DNA of 64,000 nucleotides from an uncultured delta proteobacterium (GCA_963803435.1 CAWDML010000001.1:832001-896000); one strand, 5' to 3'; shown: positions 39,101 to 49,691, counted from the stretch's first letter. Program-made: numbers and translations. The notes: generated by a model not told the origin, from the letters alone.

Positions 39101-40664
39101 GGTCGAGCATGCCGGCGCTGTTGGTCGCGGTGGTGGTGGTCATGACCGCGGGGAAGGCGGCCACCGGAACGTTGTCGGCGTAGAGCTGGAGATCGCTGAC
39201 GCTTCTCACGTCCCAGGTGACGGTGACGGTGGTGGTGCCGGTCCCGCTCAGGAGCAGCGGCGTGGCGGTGAAAGTGACGATGTCCGGGGCCGCCTGCGTG
39301 TAGACGGTCACCGACTGCATATTCGCCCCCGACGGGTTGACGGCCTCGAGCGTGAACCGGGTGACCTCGTTCGTCACCGGCATCATGATCGATCCGAGGT
39401 TCGGGTTGGCAGTGATGGTCGCGGTGGCGACGCCGTCGCGGAGGATGCGCACGGTAAGGGCGCCGATCGTCTCCCAGGTGAGCTCGACGTCGCCGCCGAG
39501 CGCAGCCACCGGGGGATTGGCGGCGAAGCTCACGATCACCGGCGCACTCGGGTTGAACGTGACCGTCACGTTGGCGGTCGCGTCACCGTTCGGGTTGAAC
39601 GCGGTGAGCTGATAGTCGGTGGTGATGGTCGGCGTGACGGTGTAGCTGCCCGTCAGGCTGGTGGAGCTGCTCACGACCGCGCCGTTCCCCGCGATCTCGA
39701 TCCGGTCCGCGTTCGCCACCTCCCAGGAGAGCTCGGAGCTGACGCCGTAGGTCACCGTGGTCGGGTTCGCGCCGAAGCTGACGATCGAGGCGCCCTCGGT
39801 CGGGTTGACGCTGACCATCGCGTTCGCGGAGTCGCTGCCGGCGGGGTTCGTGACGTTGAGCGTGTAGGTGGTGGTCTGGACCGGCGTGACGCCGAGGCTC
39901 CCGGTGGCGTCGGTCGTCTGCAACACGATGTTGCCGCCGACGAGGATCGTCACCATCAGGTTGTCGCCGGTGATGGTCCAGCGGAGCGTCGAGGTGTCGC
40001 CCGCGTCGATCACGTTCGGCATGGCGGTGAACGAGGTGACCATCGGAGGTGCTTCGCCGGCGATCATCACGGTCACCATGGCGGTGGCTGTCGTGCCGTC
40101 CTCGGCCCGGGCCGTGAGCAGGTAGGTGGTGGTGGCGACCAGCGGCGTATCGCTGACCGAACCGTCGGCGTCTCCGCCGCTAAGGACGGAGCGCGCGCCG
40201 ACGTCGATGTCGACACTGACGGCGTTCGTCGTCTGCCAGGCGAGCGTCGTCGAGCCCCCCATGGCGACGGTCATGGGCGTGGCGGTGAAGCTGTCGATGG
40301 TGGGCGCGTTCTTCGCGGTGATCGTGACGACGACGGACCGCGTGGCGCTCTTGTCGCCCTTGGTCGCGACCAGCACGAACGTCGTGTCGGCGTCGAGCGC
40401 AGCGGACTCTGCGGTGCCGCTGGCCTTGTTGGTGCTGACGACCTGCCCGCCCGGCATCGCGGTGATCTTCACGTTGTCGACCGCGTCGACCGCCCAGCTG
40501 AGTGTGACGGTGCCGCCTGCCACCACGGTCATCGGTGAGGCGCTGAAGGCCGTGATGTTCGGAGCGTCGCCGCCGCCGCACGCCGAGAGTGTCAGCAAGA
40601 GCGCGGCCGCGAGCGCGCGACGGACAATGGGATGGGTGTCGGGAGCATTGACATGGCTTCGCAT
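36159..40664 (-). CDS. Large surface lipoprotein: 6 Ig-like repeats, 6 PPC-like domains, 5 myxobacterial Cys-rich repeats
   Basis: Lipobox LSAC; PxIxSFxAxP repeats; CGNG..E.CDDGN..GDGC...C five times; DT.L.L...NDD...CSRI...AGTYY.RV domains. Confidence 0.9.
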   Translation of the reverse strand: MRSHVNAPDTHPIVRRALAAALLLTLSACGGGDAPNITAFSASPMTVVAGGTVTLSWAVDAVDNVKITAMPGGQVVSTNKASGTAESAALDADTTFVLVATKGDKSATRSVVVTITAKNAPTIDSFTATPMTVAMGGSTTLAWQTTNAVSVDIDVGARSVLSGGDADGSVSDTPLVATTTYLLTARAEDGTTATAMVTVMIAGEAPPMVTSFTAMPNVIDAGDTSTLRWTITGDNLMVTILVGGNIVLQTTDATGSLGVTPVQTTTYTLNVTNPAGSDSANAMVSVNPTEGASIVSFGANPTTVTYGVSSELSWEVANADRIEIAGNGAVVSSSTSLTGSYTVTPTITTDYQLTAFNPNGDATANVTVTFNPSAPVIVSFAANPPVAALGGDVELTWETIGALTVRILRDGVATATITANPNLGSIMMPVTNEVTRFTLEAVNPSGANMQSVTVYTQAAPDIVTFTATPLLLSGTGTTTVTVTWDVRSVSDLQLYADNVPVAAFPAVMTTTTATNSAGMLDLILSATTQLRLTAISAAGQAERTITIYAPIGEVEPNDDPTTATPVTGTDVAITGEINPAGDTDFYAITVPEGGSVFAETNDGMGGCPFDTTLALLAPDGTTQVAFNDDAGGTLCSRINPQLLPAATNLGAGTYYLRVRAYSGSQVGAYVLQVRILPAVCGNGILETRAAEQCDDGNVTAGDGCDSVCAAELLGMVTGPTAPGMVFPFNGSIQPVGRRDFIQVTMQASGYIAVDTFAPTAPTCIGADTRVALLDSAFNVLGEDNDDGVDLCARIDPQFDAFALVPAGTYYVRVEENGNNATIPAYVIQIRTFGVGCGNGIIDAGEICDDGNTVDGDGCSALCVFEGIAEDEAGGNDAFDGGGVVVINPGATSGSFTLRGDIDPAGDSDYFAIEVAQGYHVDAYLTVGSLTSCPVSPEGRVRFYDTDGTTLLASDDFSGPDGNCGRVYPRNDVDTFNKNAGTYYLRVSEDSTPALQMLNYYLHVTIVAPGCGNTYIEPGESCDDGNLLAGDGCSDTCTFEPAQVVTIPAANTTTVSGSIVPSYARMAVQIDVTATSYLYAETFAPDVAGGCPTADSYLRLYQADGVTQIGSDDFDGINNCSRITPADGFARLATGTYWLVVEEDGQNAEIPAIQVVVGGIVADVCGNGVVESAVGEVCDDGNVLAGDGCNGSCQLEPVAFFAGPPLAPTVAGDAISPIGNQDYYQLDLSAPAIIIAETFIPAVGGCAGGDTVLRLYDSALTQVTSNDDINYPTNPCSLISGVTNTAARVPAGVYFLRVEDFSNNDVIPAYEIQVELRARDVCGNGVPETGEGCDDGNTVDGDGCSALCQVEGPPPVVEIEPNSLPAEAQDLGTLGTGETVVDAAITPSGDLDFFMFTLATPMNAQLATFGTLLQPLTSCPGDTQMWLYNGVPTDLVAQTTATEPTLVEYDDDDNFGFCSRITGNETAPARLLLPAGTYYVQVRRFGNTGTLAQYFLSIDLAP

Positions 40665-40797
40665 GAGGGACCCCTTTTTTTGCGCCGGTGCGCATCCTAT
40701 GCCGAGTGTGCGAAGTCGCGCTAGCAGCATTGAAGAGCGGTGCGACGCTGTCGCGCGGCCGGGAAGGAGATCCCTGACCGGTTCGATACCGGGCGGG

Positions 40798-41451
40798 TCA
40801 CAGCTCTGCGAGGAGCAACCGACGCTTCGGCGTGATCGCCTCCGGGATCGTGAGCGTGTAGGTGCGATAACCAGCGCCCTGCATGCGGAGCGCGCGCATC
40901 ACGTCGATCGCGAGGGCGCCGTCGACCCAACCCTCCAGCCCGCCGGTCTCCCCTTCGTCGTACGCGTGACAGCAGGGGAGGACGGCGACCCGGGCCCTGG
41001 CGCCGAGGGCCTTCGCCAGCACCACATCGGTGAGCCCGCCGCAAGCGTGGGCGGAGACGATCAGATCGCCGGCGTTCACGCGAACGCCCTCCAGCTCGCC
41101 CTTCTCCATCCGGACCCGGCCGGCGAGACGGGGCCATACTGCCTGGAGCGCCGCCCGGAGGCGCTCGGCGCTGCCGGGGACCGCGCGATCGACGCCGACC
41201 ACCTCGGGGCTCGAATCGTCGAGCAGCAACAGGATCTGCCCCAGCAGCCCGTGACCCGCGGCCAGATCCACGATCCGGCCCCCGCGAAAGCGACGCCGGA
41301 TCCGGCGCGCCATCTCCCAGGACTCGAACAGCTCCTTCCGCGGCAAGCACTCCGCGCTGCAGACCGCGCGCGCGATCCGATCGAAGAGCGCCTCCCCGGG
41401 AAACATCACGGTGCTCCGTACCGTCAGCCGCGCCTTCGATCCGATGTGCAT
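40798..41451 (-). CDS. SAM-dependent methyltransferase-like protein
   Basis: [35 protein letters not shown]. Confidence 0.85.
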   Translation of the reverse strand: MHIGSKARLTVRSTVMFPGEALFDRIARAVCSAECLPRKELFESWEMARRIRRRFRGGRIVDLAAGHGLLGQILLLLDDSSPEVVGVDRAVPGSAERLRAALQAVWPRLAGRVRMEKGELEGVRVNAGDLIVSAHACGGLTDVVLAKALGARARVAVLPCCHAYDEGETGGLEGWVDGALAIDVMRALRMQGAGYRTYTLTIPEAITPKRRLLLAEL

Positions 41452-41486
41452 CGACCATATTATGGTCGGTATATTGTTCGGAAAAC

Positions 41487-42383
41487 ATGGATAATATGCT
41501 CGACCTCGAGTCCGTTCGATGCTTCGACGCGGCGGCCACCCACCTCAACTTCCGGGCGGCCTCCGAGGCGGTGTTTCTCTCGCCGGCGGCCTTCGGCGAG
41601 CGCATCCGGCGGCTCGAGGACGATCTCGGCGCCAAGCTGTTCGAGCGCACCACGCGCAGGGTCCGACTGACCGCCGCCGGCGAGCGCCTCCGGCCCTACG
41701 CGCGCCGCCTGATCGCGGAGGTCGCCGGATGCCGCGCGGCGATCACGGACCAGAGCGCCAACCCCTACGAGCTGACGATCGGCACGCGCTTCGAGCTCGG
41801 GCTCAGCTGGCTGCTCCCCGCCCTCGCCCCGCTGGCGAGAAACGAGCCCTCCCGCCGCCTCCACCTCACGTTCGGCGACAGCCCCGATCTGCTGGCGCGC
41901 GTCCGGGCGCAGCGGGTCGACGCGATGGTCTCGAGCGCACGCCTGACGACGCCGGGCCTGGAGTACGTCCACCTTCACGATGAGGACTACGCGTTCGTGG
42001 CGAGCCGCCGGTTGATGCGCAACCAGCGCTTCTCCTCTGCCAGCGACGCCCGCCGCTTCACGCTGATCGACGCCGAGCCCGGGCTCCCGCTGTTTCGCTA
42101 CTTCCTCGACGCGCTGCCGCCCGAACCCGCGTTCACGTTCGCGCGGGTCGAGTACATGGGCACGATCGCGGCGATCCGCCAGCGCGTGCTCGCGGGCGCG
42201 GGGGTTGCGGTGCTCCCCGCCTACTTCGTGAAGAGCGACGTGTCCGCCAAGCGCATGGTGCGCCTGTTTCCCAGGATCGCGACGAAGCAGGACGCCTTCC
42301 GCTTGGTCTGGGCGGAGGGACACCTGGCCGCCGATCGCCTGCGCCGGCTCGGCGCGGAGCTCGCGCAGCTGGCCCTGCGCTAG
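41487..42383 (+). CDS. LysR-family transcriptional regulator
   Basis: LNFRAASE..FLSPAAF..RIRRLEDDLGAKLFERTTRRVRLT.AG; divergent from the methyltransferase. Confidence 0.95.
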   Translation: MDNMLDLESVRCFDAAATHLNFRAASEAVFLSPAAFGERIRRLEDDLGAKLFERTTRRVRLTAAGERLRPYARRLIAEVAGCRAAITDQSANPYELTIGTRFELGLSWLLPALAPLARNEPSRRLHLTFGDSPDLLARVRAQRVDAMVSSARLTTPGLEYVHLHDEDYAFVASRRLMRNQRFSSASDARRFTLIDAEPGLPLFRYFLDALPPEPAFTFARVEYMGTIAAIRQRVLAGAGVAVLPAYFVKSDVSAKRMVRLFPRIATKQDAFRLVWAEGHLAADRLRRLGAELAQLALR

Positions 42384-42448
42384 GAGCGTGTAGCGCGTAG
42401 CGCTACCGCGAGCCCGGTCCGGGTCCCGGTCCCGGTCCCGGTCCCGAT
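42384..42448 (+). repeat. Left inverted repeat including a CC(C/G)GGT hexamer array
   Basis: Reverse complement of 44333-44398 with 4 mismatches and 1 indel; first 16 bp identical. Confidence 0.92.
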
Positions 42449-42453
42449 GGCGA

Positions 42454-42821
42454 TCATGCAGCCGGCGTGCGTTCATCGTCCTCATCAAGTCGCGTGAGCA
42501 TCTCGACAACGCGCTTGAGCTTGGCTCTGGCGGCTTGGACCTTCTGCTCGTTGGCGAGTCGGCGCCTCAAGCAGGTGTGGGGTGAGGCGGCGCTTTCGGT
42601 GCCAGAGCGAAGTGCCATCCGGTAGAAGCGAGCCTTCTCAGGTGGATTGAGCTCTCCGGCGCCCTCGGCGGTGTTGTTCACGATGGAATCGGATGCCCGC
42701 CGAATCTGATCGTGGACGTGAGCGTGACCGGGTTGCAGTTCTTGTGCGATCTCTTCAGCGATGTCGGCATACTCGACGGCGAGCTGTAGACCTCGAGCTT
42801 CTCGTGATCGAAAGTGACCAT
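42454..42821 (-). CDS. Four-helix-bundle protein (23S rRNA IVS protein/Avd-like family); frameshift at about 42787
   Basis: MVTFDHEKLEVY joins QLAVEY...DQIRRASDSIVNNTAEGAG...EKARFYRMALRSGTES...VEMLTRL. Confidence 0.85.
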
Positions 42822-42940
42822 GCAAGCTAGCTTGCGGTAGCTCGTCCACTTTGACCAGCAGAAGTTCTTGGAGGTCGTTTCGTCTGGAATCGATCGTTGG
42901 GCGGATCGACTTCGACGCCTGGACTTGATCCCATGGTTTC

Positions 42941-44312
42941 GTGGCGAAGCAATACCGTTCTTGACTCCGAGACAATCGTTCTTGTTCCCGCCGTCCCCTC
43001 TCGAGTGGCTCCCAGAAAATCATCTCGCGTACTTCGTCTTGGACGTCGTCGATGAGGTAGAGCTGAGCGCGATCGAGATCTCGATCCAGTCCAAAAACCC
43101 GCGAGGCGAGCGACCGTACTCGCCTCGAATGATGATCGCGCTGCTTCTGTACGCCTACTGCACCGGCATCTATTCGTCGCGGAGGATCGCGCGGGCGACC
43201 TACCAAGACATTCCATTCCGGGTGCTGGCTGGAGAAAGTCATCCCCACTTCACGACGATCAACGAGTTTCGGCTCGTCCACCTGGAGGCACTGAAAGCGC
43301 TCTTCCTCGAAGTCCTGAAGCTTTGCCAGAAAGCAGGTTTGGTGCGGCTCGGACACGTCGCACTCGATGGCTCGAAGGTGCAGGCGAACGCGAGCAAGCA
43401 CAAGGCGATGACCTACGAGCGGATGGCCGAGGAGGAGAAGCGGCTGTCTCTCGAGATCGAAGAACTGCTGGAGCGAGCGGGCACGATCGACCAAGAGGAA
43501 GACGAGCGGCTGGGCGTTGAAGAGACTGAAGAGGACATCCCAGCGGAGCTCGCTCGCCGTGAATCCCGCCTTGCCCGCATTCGAGAAGCGAAGGCTGCGC
43601 TGGAACAGGATGCCGCCAGGGCTCGCGCGGAGAAATTGCGCAGGCAAGCCGAAGAGCAGCAGAGCAAAGCGGATGATGCTCTTGTGGATCTGGTGGAGCA
43701 GAAGCGAGCGAGAACTCGAGCCGAGAAGGCAAGAGCGCAGGCTGACCAGCTCGAACCAGGATCATGTTGAAGGATGGAGCGTACCTCCAGGCCTACAATG
43801 CCCAAGTTGTCGTAGATGAGCACGCTCAGTTGATTGTCGCCGAAGGGGTCAGCAACCAGGCACCTGATCAGCAACACCTCGTCCCGATGCTCCGTGATGT
43901 GTTCGGCAACTGCGGCGATGCTCCGCGGAAGATGACGGCAGACAACGGCTATCTGAGCGCGACCAACATCGAATTCTGCGACAACAATCAGATCGATGCC
44001 CACATCGCTGTTGGACGCGAACAGAACCAAGACGCGTCGACTCCGTCCTCATCAGCTTCGGAGCCCACACCTGCCTCGCTCGCTCACAAGCGAATGCGAG
44101 ACAAGTTGCAAACGCGCGACGGCAAGGCGGTCTACCCCCGCAGGAAGAGTATCGTCGAACCGGCGCTCGGACAGATCAAAGGGGCACGAGGATTCCGCCG
44201 GTTCTCGCTACGCTCCTTCTTCAAGGTACGAGCCGACTGGACGCTCGTCTGCCTCACCCACAACCTGCTCAAGCTCTACCGATCGAAGCTGGCGACCGTC
44301 GCGAGCGTCTGA
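42941..44312 (+). pseudogene. IS1182-family transposase, disrupted (frameshift at about 42962; break or deletion at about 43760)
   Basis: FLFPPSPLEWLPENHLA, LLYAYCTGIYSSRRI, VALDGSKVQANASKHKA, AYNAQ, TADNGY, RKSIVEP.LGQIK..RGFRRF. The NFTDP-type segment expected before RIM is missing. Confidence 0.9.
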
Positions 44313-44332
44313 CTCAAGGCAGCCATCTTCAG

Positions 44333-44398
44333 ATCGGGACCCGGACCGGGACCGGGACCCGGACCGGGGTCGCGTGAGCGCTTACGCGCTACACGCTC
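44333..44398 (-). repeat. Right inverted repeat including hexamer array
   Basis: atcgggacccggaccgggaccgggacccggaccggggtcgcgtgagcgcttacgcgctacacgctc. Confidence 0.92.
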
Positions 44399-46549
44399 CT
44401 AGCCGTCGCTCCTGGGTTGGTGGTGGGCGGACTGTGAGCCTGCCGGAGCGAGGCTGGCCGCGACGATCTCGGCGACGTCGTACGTCTCGGTGTCGGGCGC
44501 CAGCTGCAGCTTCGCATCCTCGAACATGATCGTGCAGAAAGGACAGTTCGAGGCCACGCTTCGTGCACCGGTCGACAGGAGCTCGTCCAGGCGGAGGTGG
44601 TTCATCCTCGTGCGCTCCTCGACCTCGAAGAACATGTTGGCGCCGCCGGCACCGCAGCACCGCCCGTGCTCGCGACAGCCGCCTTCGACCTCGAGGATCT
44701 CGAGCCCCGGCACCGCCCCGAGGACGCGCCGCGGGGCCTCGTAGACGCCGTTGTGGCGGCCGAGATAGCACGCGTCGTGGTAGGCGACGCGATCGAGGAC
44801 GCCTCGCTCGAGCTCGATCCGCCCGGTGGCGATCAGCTCCTCGATCAGCTCGGTGTGGTGGAGGACCTCGGCGTCGGCGAACCCGAAGTCGCGGTACTCG
44901 TTCTTCAGCGTGTTGAAGCAGTGGGGACAGGTGGCGACGACGCGGCAGATCGGATAGCGGCCCAGCCGCTCCACGTTCTCGAGCGCCAGCTCCTGGAAGC
45001 GCGCCTCGTCGCCGAGGCGCCGGGCCGGATCGCCGGTGCACAGCTCCTCGCGCCCGAGGATCGCCCAGCTCAGGTGGGCAGCGTCGAGGATCCGCGCCAG
45101 CGCGGCCGCGATCCGCTGAGCGCGCGGATCGGAGGCAGAGGCGCAGCCAACCCAGTACACCAGATCGAGCGCGTCGAGCTCCGCAGCCGAGAGCTCCGAG
45201 AGCTGGCGGATCCGGACCCCCTCGGCGAGCGCGGTCCACGCCATGCGATCGACGTCGCCCCACGGGTTCCGCTTTCGCTCCGTGTTCGAGAGCATCTGCT
45301 GCTGGTGGGGATCGATCCGACCGTTCATGACGAGGTCGCGCCGCATGTCGACGATCAGACCCACGTGCTCGATCGCGACCGGACAGGCCTCCTCGCAGGC
45401 CCGGCAGGTCACGCACGCCCAGAGCGTCTCCTCCCGGATCACCGCGCCCAGCATCGGTCCGTTCGGCGCGTAGCGGGCCCAGGCCTCCGGCCCCGCCGCG
45501 CCCGGTCCCTCCGAGGCGGCGCGACCGAACGCCGGAGGAACGACGGCCGCGAAGAAAGCGGCGTGATCGACGTCCTGGATCAGGACCCGCGGTGAGAGCG
45601 GTCGTCCGGCGGCGGTGGCCGGACAGACCTCCTCGCACCGCCCGCAGTTGGTGCACGCGTCGGCCATCAAGAGGTGCTTCCAGCCGAGGTCGCCGGGACG
45701 ATCCGCGTCCAGGTGGAAGGCGCCCTCCTCGAGCGTCTCGCGCGCCATGAGCTCGCGGAGATCGAACGGCTTCGACAGCTGTCCCGGGGCGACGCGGTCG
45801 GTCTGGGTCATCACGTTCGCCGTCGTCGTCAGGAGGTGGATCATCTTGGTGAAAGGGATCGCGGCGATGAGGGCCAGCGAGGCCGCGGCATGAAACCACC
45901 AGAGGCCGACGTAGAGCTCCCGCACCGGCTGGCTCGCCGGCATCCGCACCGCTTCGAGCGTCCGTGCGATCGTCGCTCCCAGCGGGCTGAAGCGGGCCCA
46001 TTCCACCGGCGCCAGGTGAAGGCGGAGCCCCTCGAGCAGGAACCCGGTCACCGCGATGACGCCCAGGAGGGCGAGCGCCCACGCGTCGCCCCGCCGGTTC
46101 ACCAGCGCGGTCGGCCGGAGCACGACGCGCCGAAACACCGCCATCACCAGCCCGACGACGAACGCGAGCCCGAGCAGATCGAGCACCAGCTCGAAGACCA
46201 GATAGAAGCTTCCGCTCAGGAGGCGCCGCCCGAACGGCTCGAGCAGGTCGTAGTCGATACCCACCAGGACCGTGCCCACGAAGAGCGCCAGGAACCCGTA
46301 GAAAAGCGCGGCGTGCATCGGGCCCGCAAACTTCTTCCTCGTCGTCTCTTCTTGCGCGAGGACCGAGCGAACGAGCGCCCGAAACCGCGCCCGCCATGGG
46401 ACGATCCTCACCGCCTTCCTGGCGGTTCGGTACACCGCCACCCGCGCCCAGAGGCCGTACGTCATCACCGCAAGGGCGGCGGCGAACAGCAGGTAGAGGA
46501 CCGGCATGGTCCATGCCGGCATGAAGATGAGGTTCTCTCGCGCGGGCAT
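44399..46549 (-). CDS. Membrane Fe-S oxidoreductase (FadF/HdrD-like: TM + 2x[4Fe-4S] + CCG domain)
   Basis: CTNCGRCEEVCP, CVTCRACEEACP, YWVGC, CPHCFNTLKNEY, YHDACYLGR, CCGAGG. Confidence 0.92.
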   Translation of the reverse strand: MPARENLIFMPAWTMPVLYLLFAAALAVMTYGLWARVAVYRTARKAVRIVPWRARFRALVRSVLAQEETTRKKFAGPMHAALFYGFLALFVGTVLVGIDYDLLEPFGRRLLSGSFYLVFELVLDLLGLAFVVGLVMAVFRRVVLRPTALVNRRGDAWALALLGVIAVTGFLLEGLRLHLAPVEWARFSPLGATIARTLEAVRMPASQPVRELYVGLWWFHAAASLALIAAIPFTKMIHLLTTTANVMTQTDRVAPGQLSKPFDLRELMARETLEEGAFHLDADRPGDLGWKHLLMADACTNCGRCEEVCPATAAGRPLSPRVLIQDVDHAAFFAAVVPPAFGRAASEGPGAAGPEAWARYAPNGPMLGAVIREETLWACVTCRACEEACPVAIEHVGLIVDMRRDLVMNGRIDPHQQQMLSNTERKRNPWGDVDRMAWTALAEGVRIRQLSELSAAELDALDLVYWVGCASASDPRAQRIAAALARILDAAHLSWAILGREELCTGDPARRLGDEARFQELALENVERLGRYPICRVVATCPHCFNTLKNEYRDFGFADAEVLHHTELIEELIATGRIELERGVLDRVAYHDACYLGRHNGVYEAPRRVLGAVPGLEILEVEGGCREHGRCCGAGGANMFFEVEERTRMNHLRLDELLSTGARSVASNCPFCTIMFEDAKLQLAPDTETYDVAEIVAASLAPAGSQSAHHQPRSDG

Positions 46550-46656
46550 TCTCGACGGACGCGGTGCAACCGGCGTTCCCGCGGGAGCGGCTCACCCGCG
46601 GTCCGGAAGATGCGTCCTCTCTTTGCTTCGGTCCGGCGTTGGTCTAAGGGCTGGCC

Positions 46657-47382
46657 ATGGGGCGCACGTTCGAGAATCGCAAGCACGCCATGGCGAAGCG
46701 GGGAGACCGCGATGCAAAGGCCTTCACCCGGGCCGGGCGCCAGATCAGCATGGCGGTCAAGGGCGGCGGGGCCGATCCTGACCACAACCCGGCGTTGCGC
46801 CGCGCGATCCAGAACGCGCGCGCCGTCAACATGCCGAAGGACAAGATCCAGAGCGCGATCGACAAGGCCGCCGGGCTGAACGACGACGCCGGGTTCCAGC
46901 AGATCCTGTACGAAGGCTACGGACCGCACGGCGTCGCGATCCTGGTCGAGGTCGTCACGGACAATCCGACGCGGACCGTCGCCAACCTACGCACTGTCTT
47001 CAAGAAGGAGAACGGCAACCTCGGGAACTCGGGGAGCGTCGCGTTCCTGTTCGATCAGTTCAGCGTGTTCCGCCTCCACCCCGAGGGCCTCGATCGAGAC
47101 GCGCTCGAGCTGGAGCTGATCGACCACGGGCTCGAGCAGCTCGTCGACGGTGAGACCGACGACGGCGATCCGCTCCTCGTCCTCCGCTGTACGCGGGACA
47201 GCTTCGGCACGCTGCAGGCGGCGCTCGAGGAGCGGGGGATCAACGCCGTCTCATCCGGATTCGAGTGGGTACCGAAGAACACCACCACCCTGGGTGAGGA
47301 AGAGGTGGATGCGGTGGTGAAGCTGCTCGATCGTCTCGAGCAGGACGACGACGTGGAGGAGGTCTTCTCGAACCTGGCCTAG
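46657..47382 (+). CDS. yebC: YebC/PmpR-family protein
   Basis: NMPKDKI..AI, YEGYGPHGVA, TDNPTRT, GSVAFLF, DDDVEEVFSN. Confidence 0.93.
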   Translation: MGRTFENRKHAMAKRGDRDAKAFTRAGRQISMAVKGGGADPDHNPALRRAIQNARAVNMPKDKIQSAIDKAAGLNDDAGFQQILYEGYGPHGVAILVEVVTDNPTRTVANLRTVFKKENGNLGNSGSVAFLFDQFSVFRLHPEGLDRDALELELIDHGLEQLVDGETDDGDPLLVLRCTRDSFGTLQAALEERGINAVSSGFEWVPKNTTTLGEEEVDAVVKLLDRLEQDDDVEEVFSNLA

Positions 47383-47449
47383 ACGCCCCACCCAGTGCGA
47401 AGGCACCCTACAGCGAACTCGCTCCCGCTCTGGGCTACCCTCGTCGAGG

Positions 47450-48049
47450 ATGCTCGGCGGCTTCTTCTCCACGGCCACCTTCCTCCTGAGCGCCTGCACC
47501 TCGGCGATCGCCTGGGCGCTGGTATTGAGCGTCGGGGGCGTGTCCCCGATTCACTGGGCCGTCGCGCTCGCGGCCACCGCCACCACCGCATGCCTCGCCG
47601 CCGAACGACGCTCTGATCGAAACCCGCCCGCGCGCGTCTTCGATCGCTCGGAGATGGAGTCCGCCCTCGGACGTGAGATCTTCCGCGCACGTCGATACCA
47701 CCGCCCCTTCGCGACGCTGATCTTCGACCTGTCCCGCTGCTCACCGGAGACGTCCACGCGGGTCGCGACGGAGGTACGGCGCCTCATCCGGAAGACGGAC
47801 GAGGTCGGGTTCTGGGACCACCAGCGGCTCCTCCTCGTCCTGTCCGAGTCGCACGCCCACGATGCGGCGAGCCTCGCGGAGAGAATTCGCAGGGAGCTCG
47901 GCGAGACGCTCCCGTCGGGGCTGGCGGAGTATCTGGAGAGCGACTCGATCGGGACCCTGGTCGAGCGGCTCCAGGCCACGCTCGGCGAGTCGGCCCCGGC
48001 GCCGAGCTCGACACCGCCTGCGCCCGCCGTGACGCCTGAGAGCCCCTGA
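47450..48049 (+). CDS. TM protein with degenerate GGDEF-like domain
   Basis: LGREIFRARRY.RPF..LIFDL, IRKTDEVG, LAERIRR; GGDEF replaced by WDHQR. Confidence 0.65.
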   Translation: MLGGFFSTATFLLSACTSAIAWALVLSVGGVSPIHWAVALAATATTACLAAERRSDRNPPARVFDRSEMESALGREIFRARRYHRPFATLIFDLSRCSPETSTRVATEVRRLIRKTDEVGFWDHQRLLLVLSESHAHDAASLAERIRRELGETLPSGLAEYLESDSIGTLVERLQATLGESAPAPSSTPPAPAVTPESP

Positions 48050-48292
48050 GCGCGCACGCTTCCTGCCGCCTGTCGGACCCGGAGCGATCCCGAAGGAGAC
48101 CGACGCGCCTCGGTCATCGTCTCGGACGCCGAGCAGATGGTCCAATGCCCGAGGACTCATCCGGAGCCCAAATCCGGCACCGACCGGTGACGCGGACCTC
48201 GGGTTCCCACGACCACGGGTACGGCCCGGCACTTGCTCACTATCTCGCGTGCGCTGGGCGAAGGTCGCCCGGAGGCGAGCTGGAGGACGATC

Positions 48293-48674
48293 ATGAAGAC
48301 CATGTCACGAGAGCAGGCCGTGAAGGACATCCGCAAGGTGCTCCTCGATCTGGTGGACGACGAGCACTCGATTCTGTCAGGTCGCCGCGGAGAAGCGGAT
48401 CTTCTGCCACGGCTTCCGGCAATGGACAGACTCGGAACTCTTCCACCGCTTTCGCTGGATCGCCGAGCCCCGCGGCATCACCTCGCGCGCCGAGCTGGAG
48501 TCGACCGCGAACCGCTGGCACCTGCAGCGTCAGGAGAGCCTGGGCCTTCCGATCGCGTGCGACGTCCAGCGAGAGGATCACGATCAGTGCTGGGGCTGGG
48601 ACGAATTCAGCAACCTGGAGCTCGAGCAGTTCTATCGCGAGCTGTGCCGCGAAGAGGCGCGCATCGAGGTCTGA
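48293..48674 (+). CDS. Small Cys-containing hypothetical protein; frameshift at about 48372
   Basis: After removing one T from GATTC: ...DDEHSICQVAAEKRIFCHGFRQW...CDVQREDHDQCWGWDEFSN... Confidence 0.65.
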
Positions 48675-48683
48675 TGCGTCGCC

Positions 48684-49691
48684 TCACTGGTTGAACGCGC
48701 GCGTGAAGGTGGTGAGGGCGCTCGTATAGTTGTTCCGCTCGAACGCATCCGGGTGCGCGCAGTTGGCCTGGCTGACGCTCCCCTTCATCTGCTCGATCGA
48801 GCTGTACTCGTGCTCCACGAGCCACTCCGAAACCTGGTCCACGAGGACGCGCGCGTAGCTCGGTCCGTTCCGGAGCAGCGCCGAAGCCATCAGCACGGCG
48901 TCGGCCCCGGCGAGGATCAGCTTGAGGACGTCGTCGCGGGTGTGTGAGCCGCCGGTGGCTCCGAGCGACGCCGAGATCCGCCCCCGCAGGATCGCGGTCC
49001 AGCGAAGGGGGAGACGCAGCTCGGCGGAGGTCGACAGATCGATCCCCGGCCGCACCGACAGCGTCTCCAGATCGATGTCGGGCTGCATGAAGCGATTGAA
49101 CAGGACCAGGCCGTCGGCGCCGGCGGCCACCAGCCGGCGCGCCATCTCGATCGGCGCGCTGAAGAACGGGTGGATCTTCACCGCGATCGGGATCGACGCC
49201 GCTTCGCGCACCCGCTGCACGAGCTCGACGTAGCGCGCCTCGACGCCGGCGCTGGTCAGCGAGGGCTCAGCCGGGATGAAGTAGACGTTGAGCTCCATCG
49301 CATCGGCGCCCGCCTGCTCGATCGATCGTGCGTGGTCGATCCAGCCGCCGGGCGACACACCGTTGAGGCTCGCGATCACCGGAATGTCGAGCGCCTCCTT
49401 CGCCTCGCGGATCAGGTCGAGGTACGGATCCGGCCCAGTGTTGTAGTCGTCGAGCTCCGGGAAATAACCTCCGAGGGCCTCGGCGAAGCTGTCGCTGCCG
49501 AGCTCCTTCAGGAGCCCGAGCTGGAGCTGCTCGTGCTCGATCTGCTCCTCGAACAGCGACGGCAGCACGACCGCCGCGACCCCGCCGTCCTCGAGCTTCT
49601 TGAGGAGATCGAGCCGTCCGGTCAGCGGAGAAGATGACGCCACGATCGGATGCGCGAGCGTCAGGCCCAGATACTTCGACGTCAGGTTCAT
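48684..49691 (-). CDS. Dihydroorotate dehydrogenase-like flavoprotein, PFOR-associated
   Basis: YLGLTLAHPIVASSSPL, PVIASLNG, MELNVY, VLFNRF.QPDID, ATGG; start overlaps the PFOR stop. Confidence 0.9.
   Translation of the reverse strand: MNLTSKYLGLTLAHPIVASSSPLTGRLDLLKKLEDGGVAAVVLPSLFEEQIEHEQLQLGLLKELGSDSFAEALGGYFPELDDYNTGPDPYLDLIREAKEALDIPVIASLNGVSPGGWIDHARSIEQAGADAMELNVYFIPAEPSLTSAGVEARYVELVQRVREAASIPIAVKIHPFFSAPIEMARRLVAAGADGLVLFNRFMQPDIDLETLSVRPGIDLSTSAELRLPLRWTAILRGRISASLGATGGSHTRDDVLKLILAGADAVLMASALLRNGPSYARVLVDQVSEWLVEHEYSSIEQMKGSVSQANCAHPDAFERNNYTSALTTFTRAFNQ

Larger units (their letters stand above)
42384..44398 (+). mobile_element. IS1182-family element (2015 bp) with passenger gene
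   Basis: CTAG direct repeats at 42380-42383 and 44399-44402; 65/66-bp inverted ends starting GAGCGTGTAGCGCGTA; IS1182-type transposase; visibly more AT-rich than the flanks. Confidence 0.88.

Noticed and set aside
42412-42448. CRISPR array or simple terminator
   Set aside because: Hexamer repeats without spacers; better explained as part of the element's inverted ends. No cas genes seen.
17726-42821. Diversity-generating retroelement (RT plus Avd-like gene)
   Set aside because: The RT fragment sits inside group II intron RNA, lies about 24 kb from the four-helix gene, and I saw no TR/VR pair with adenine-specific mismatches.
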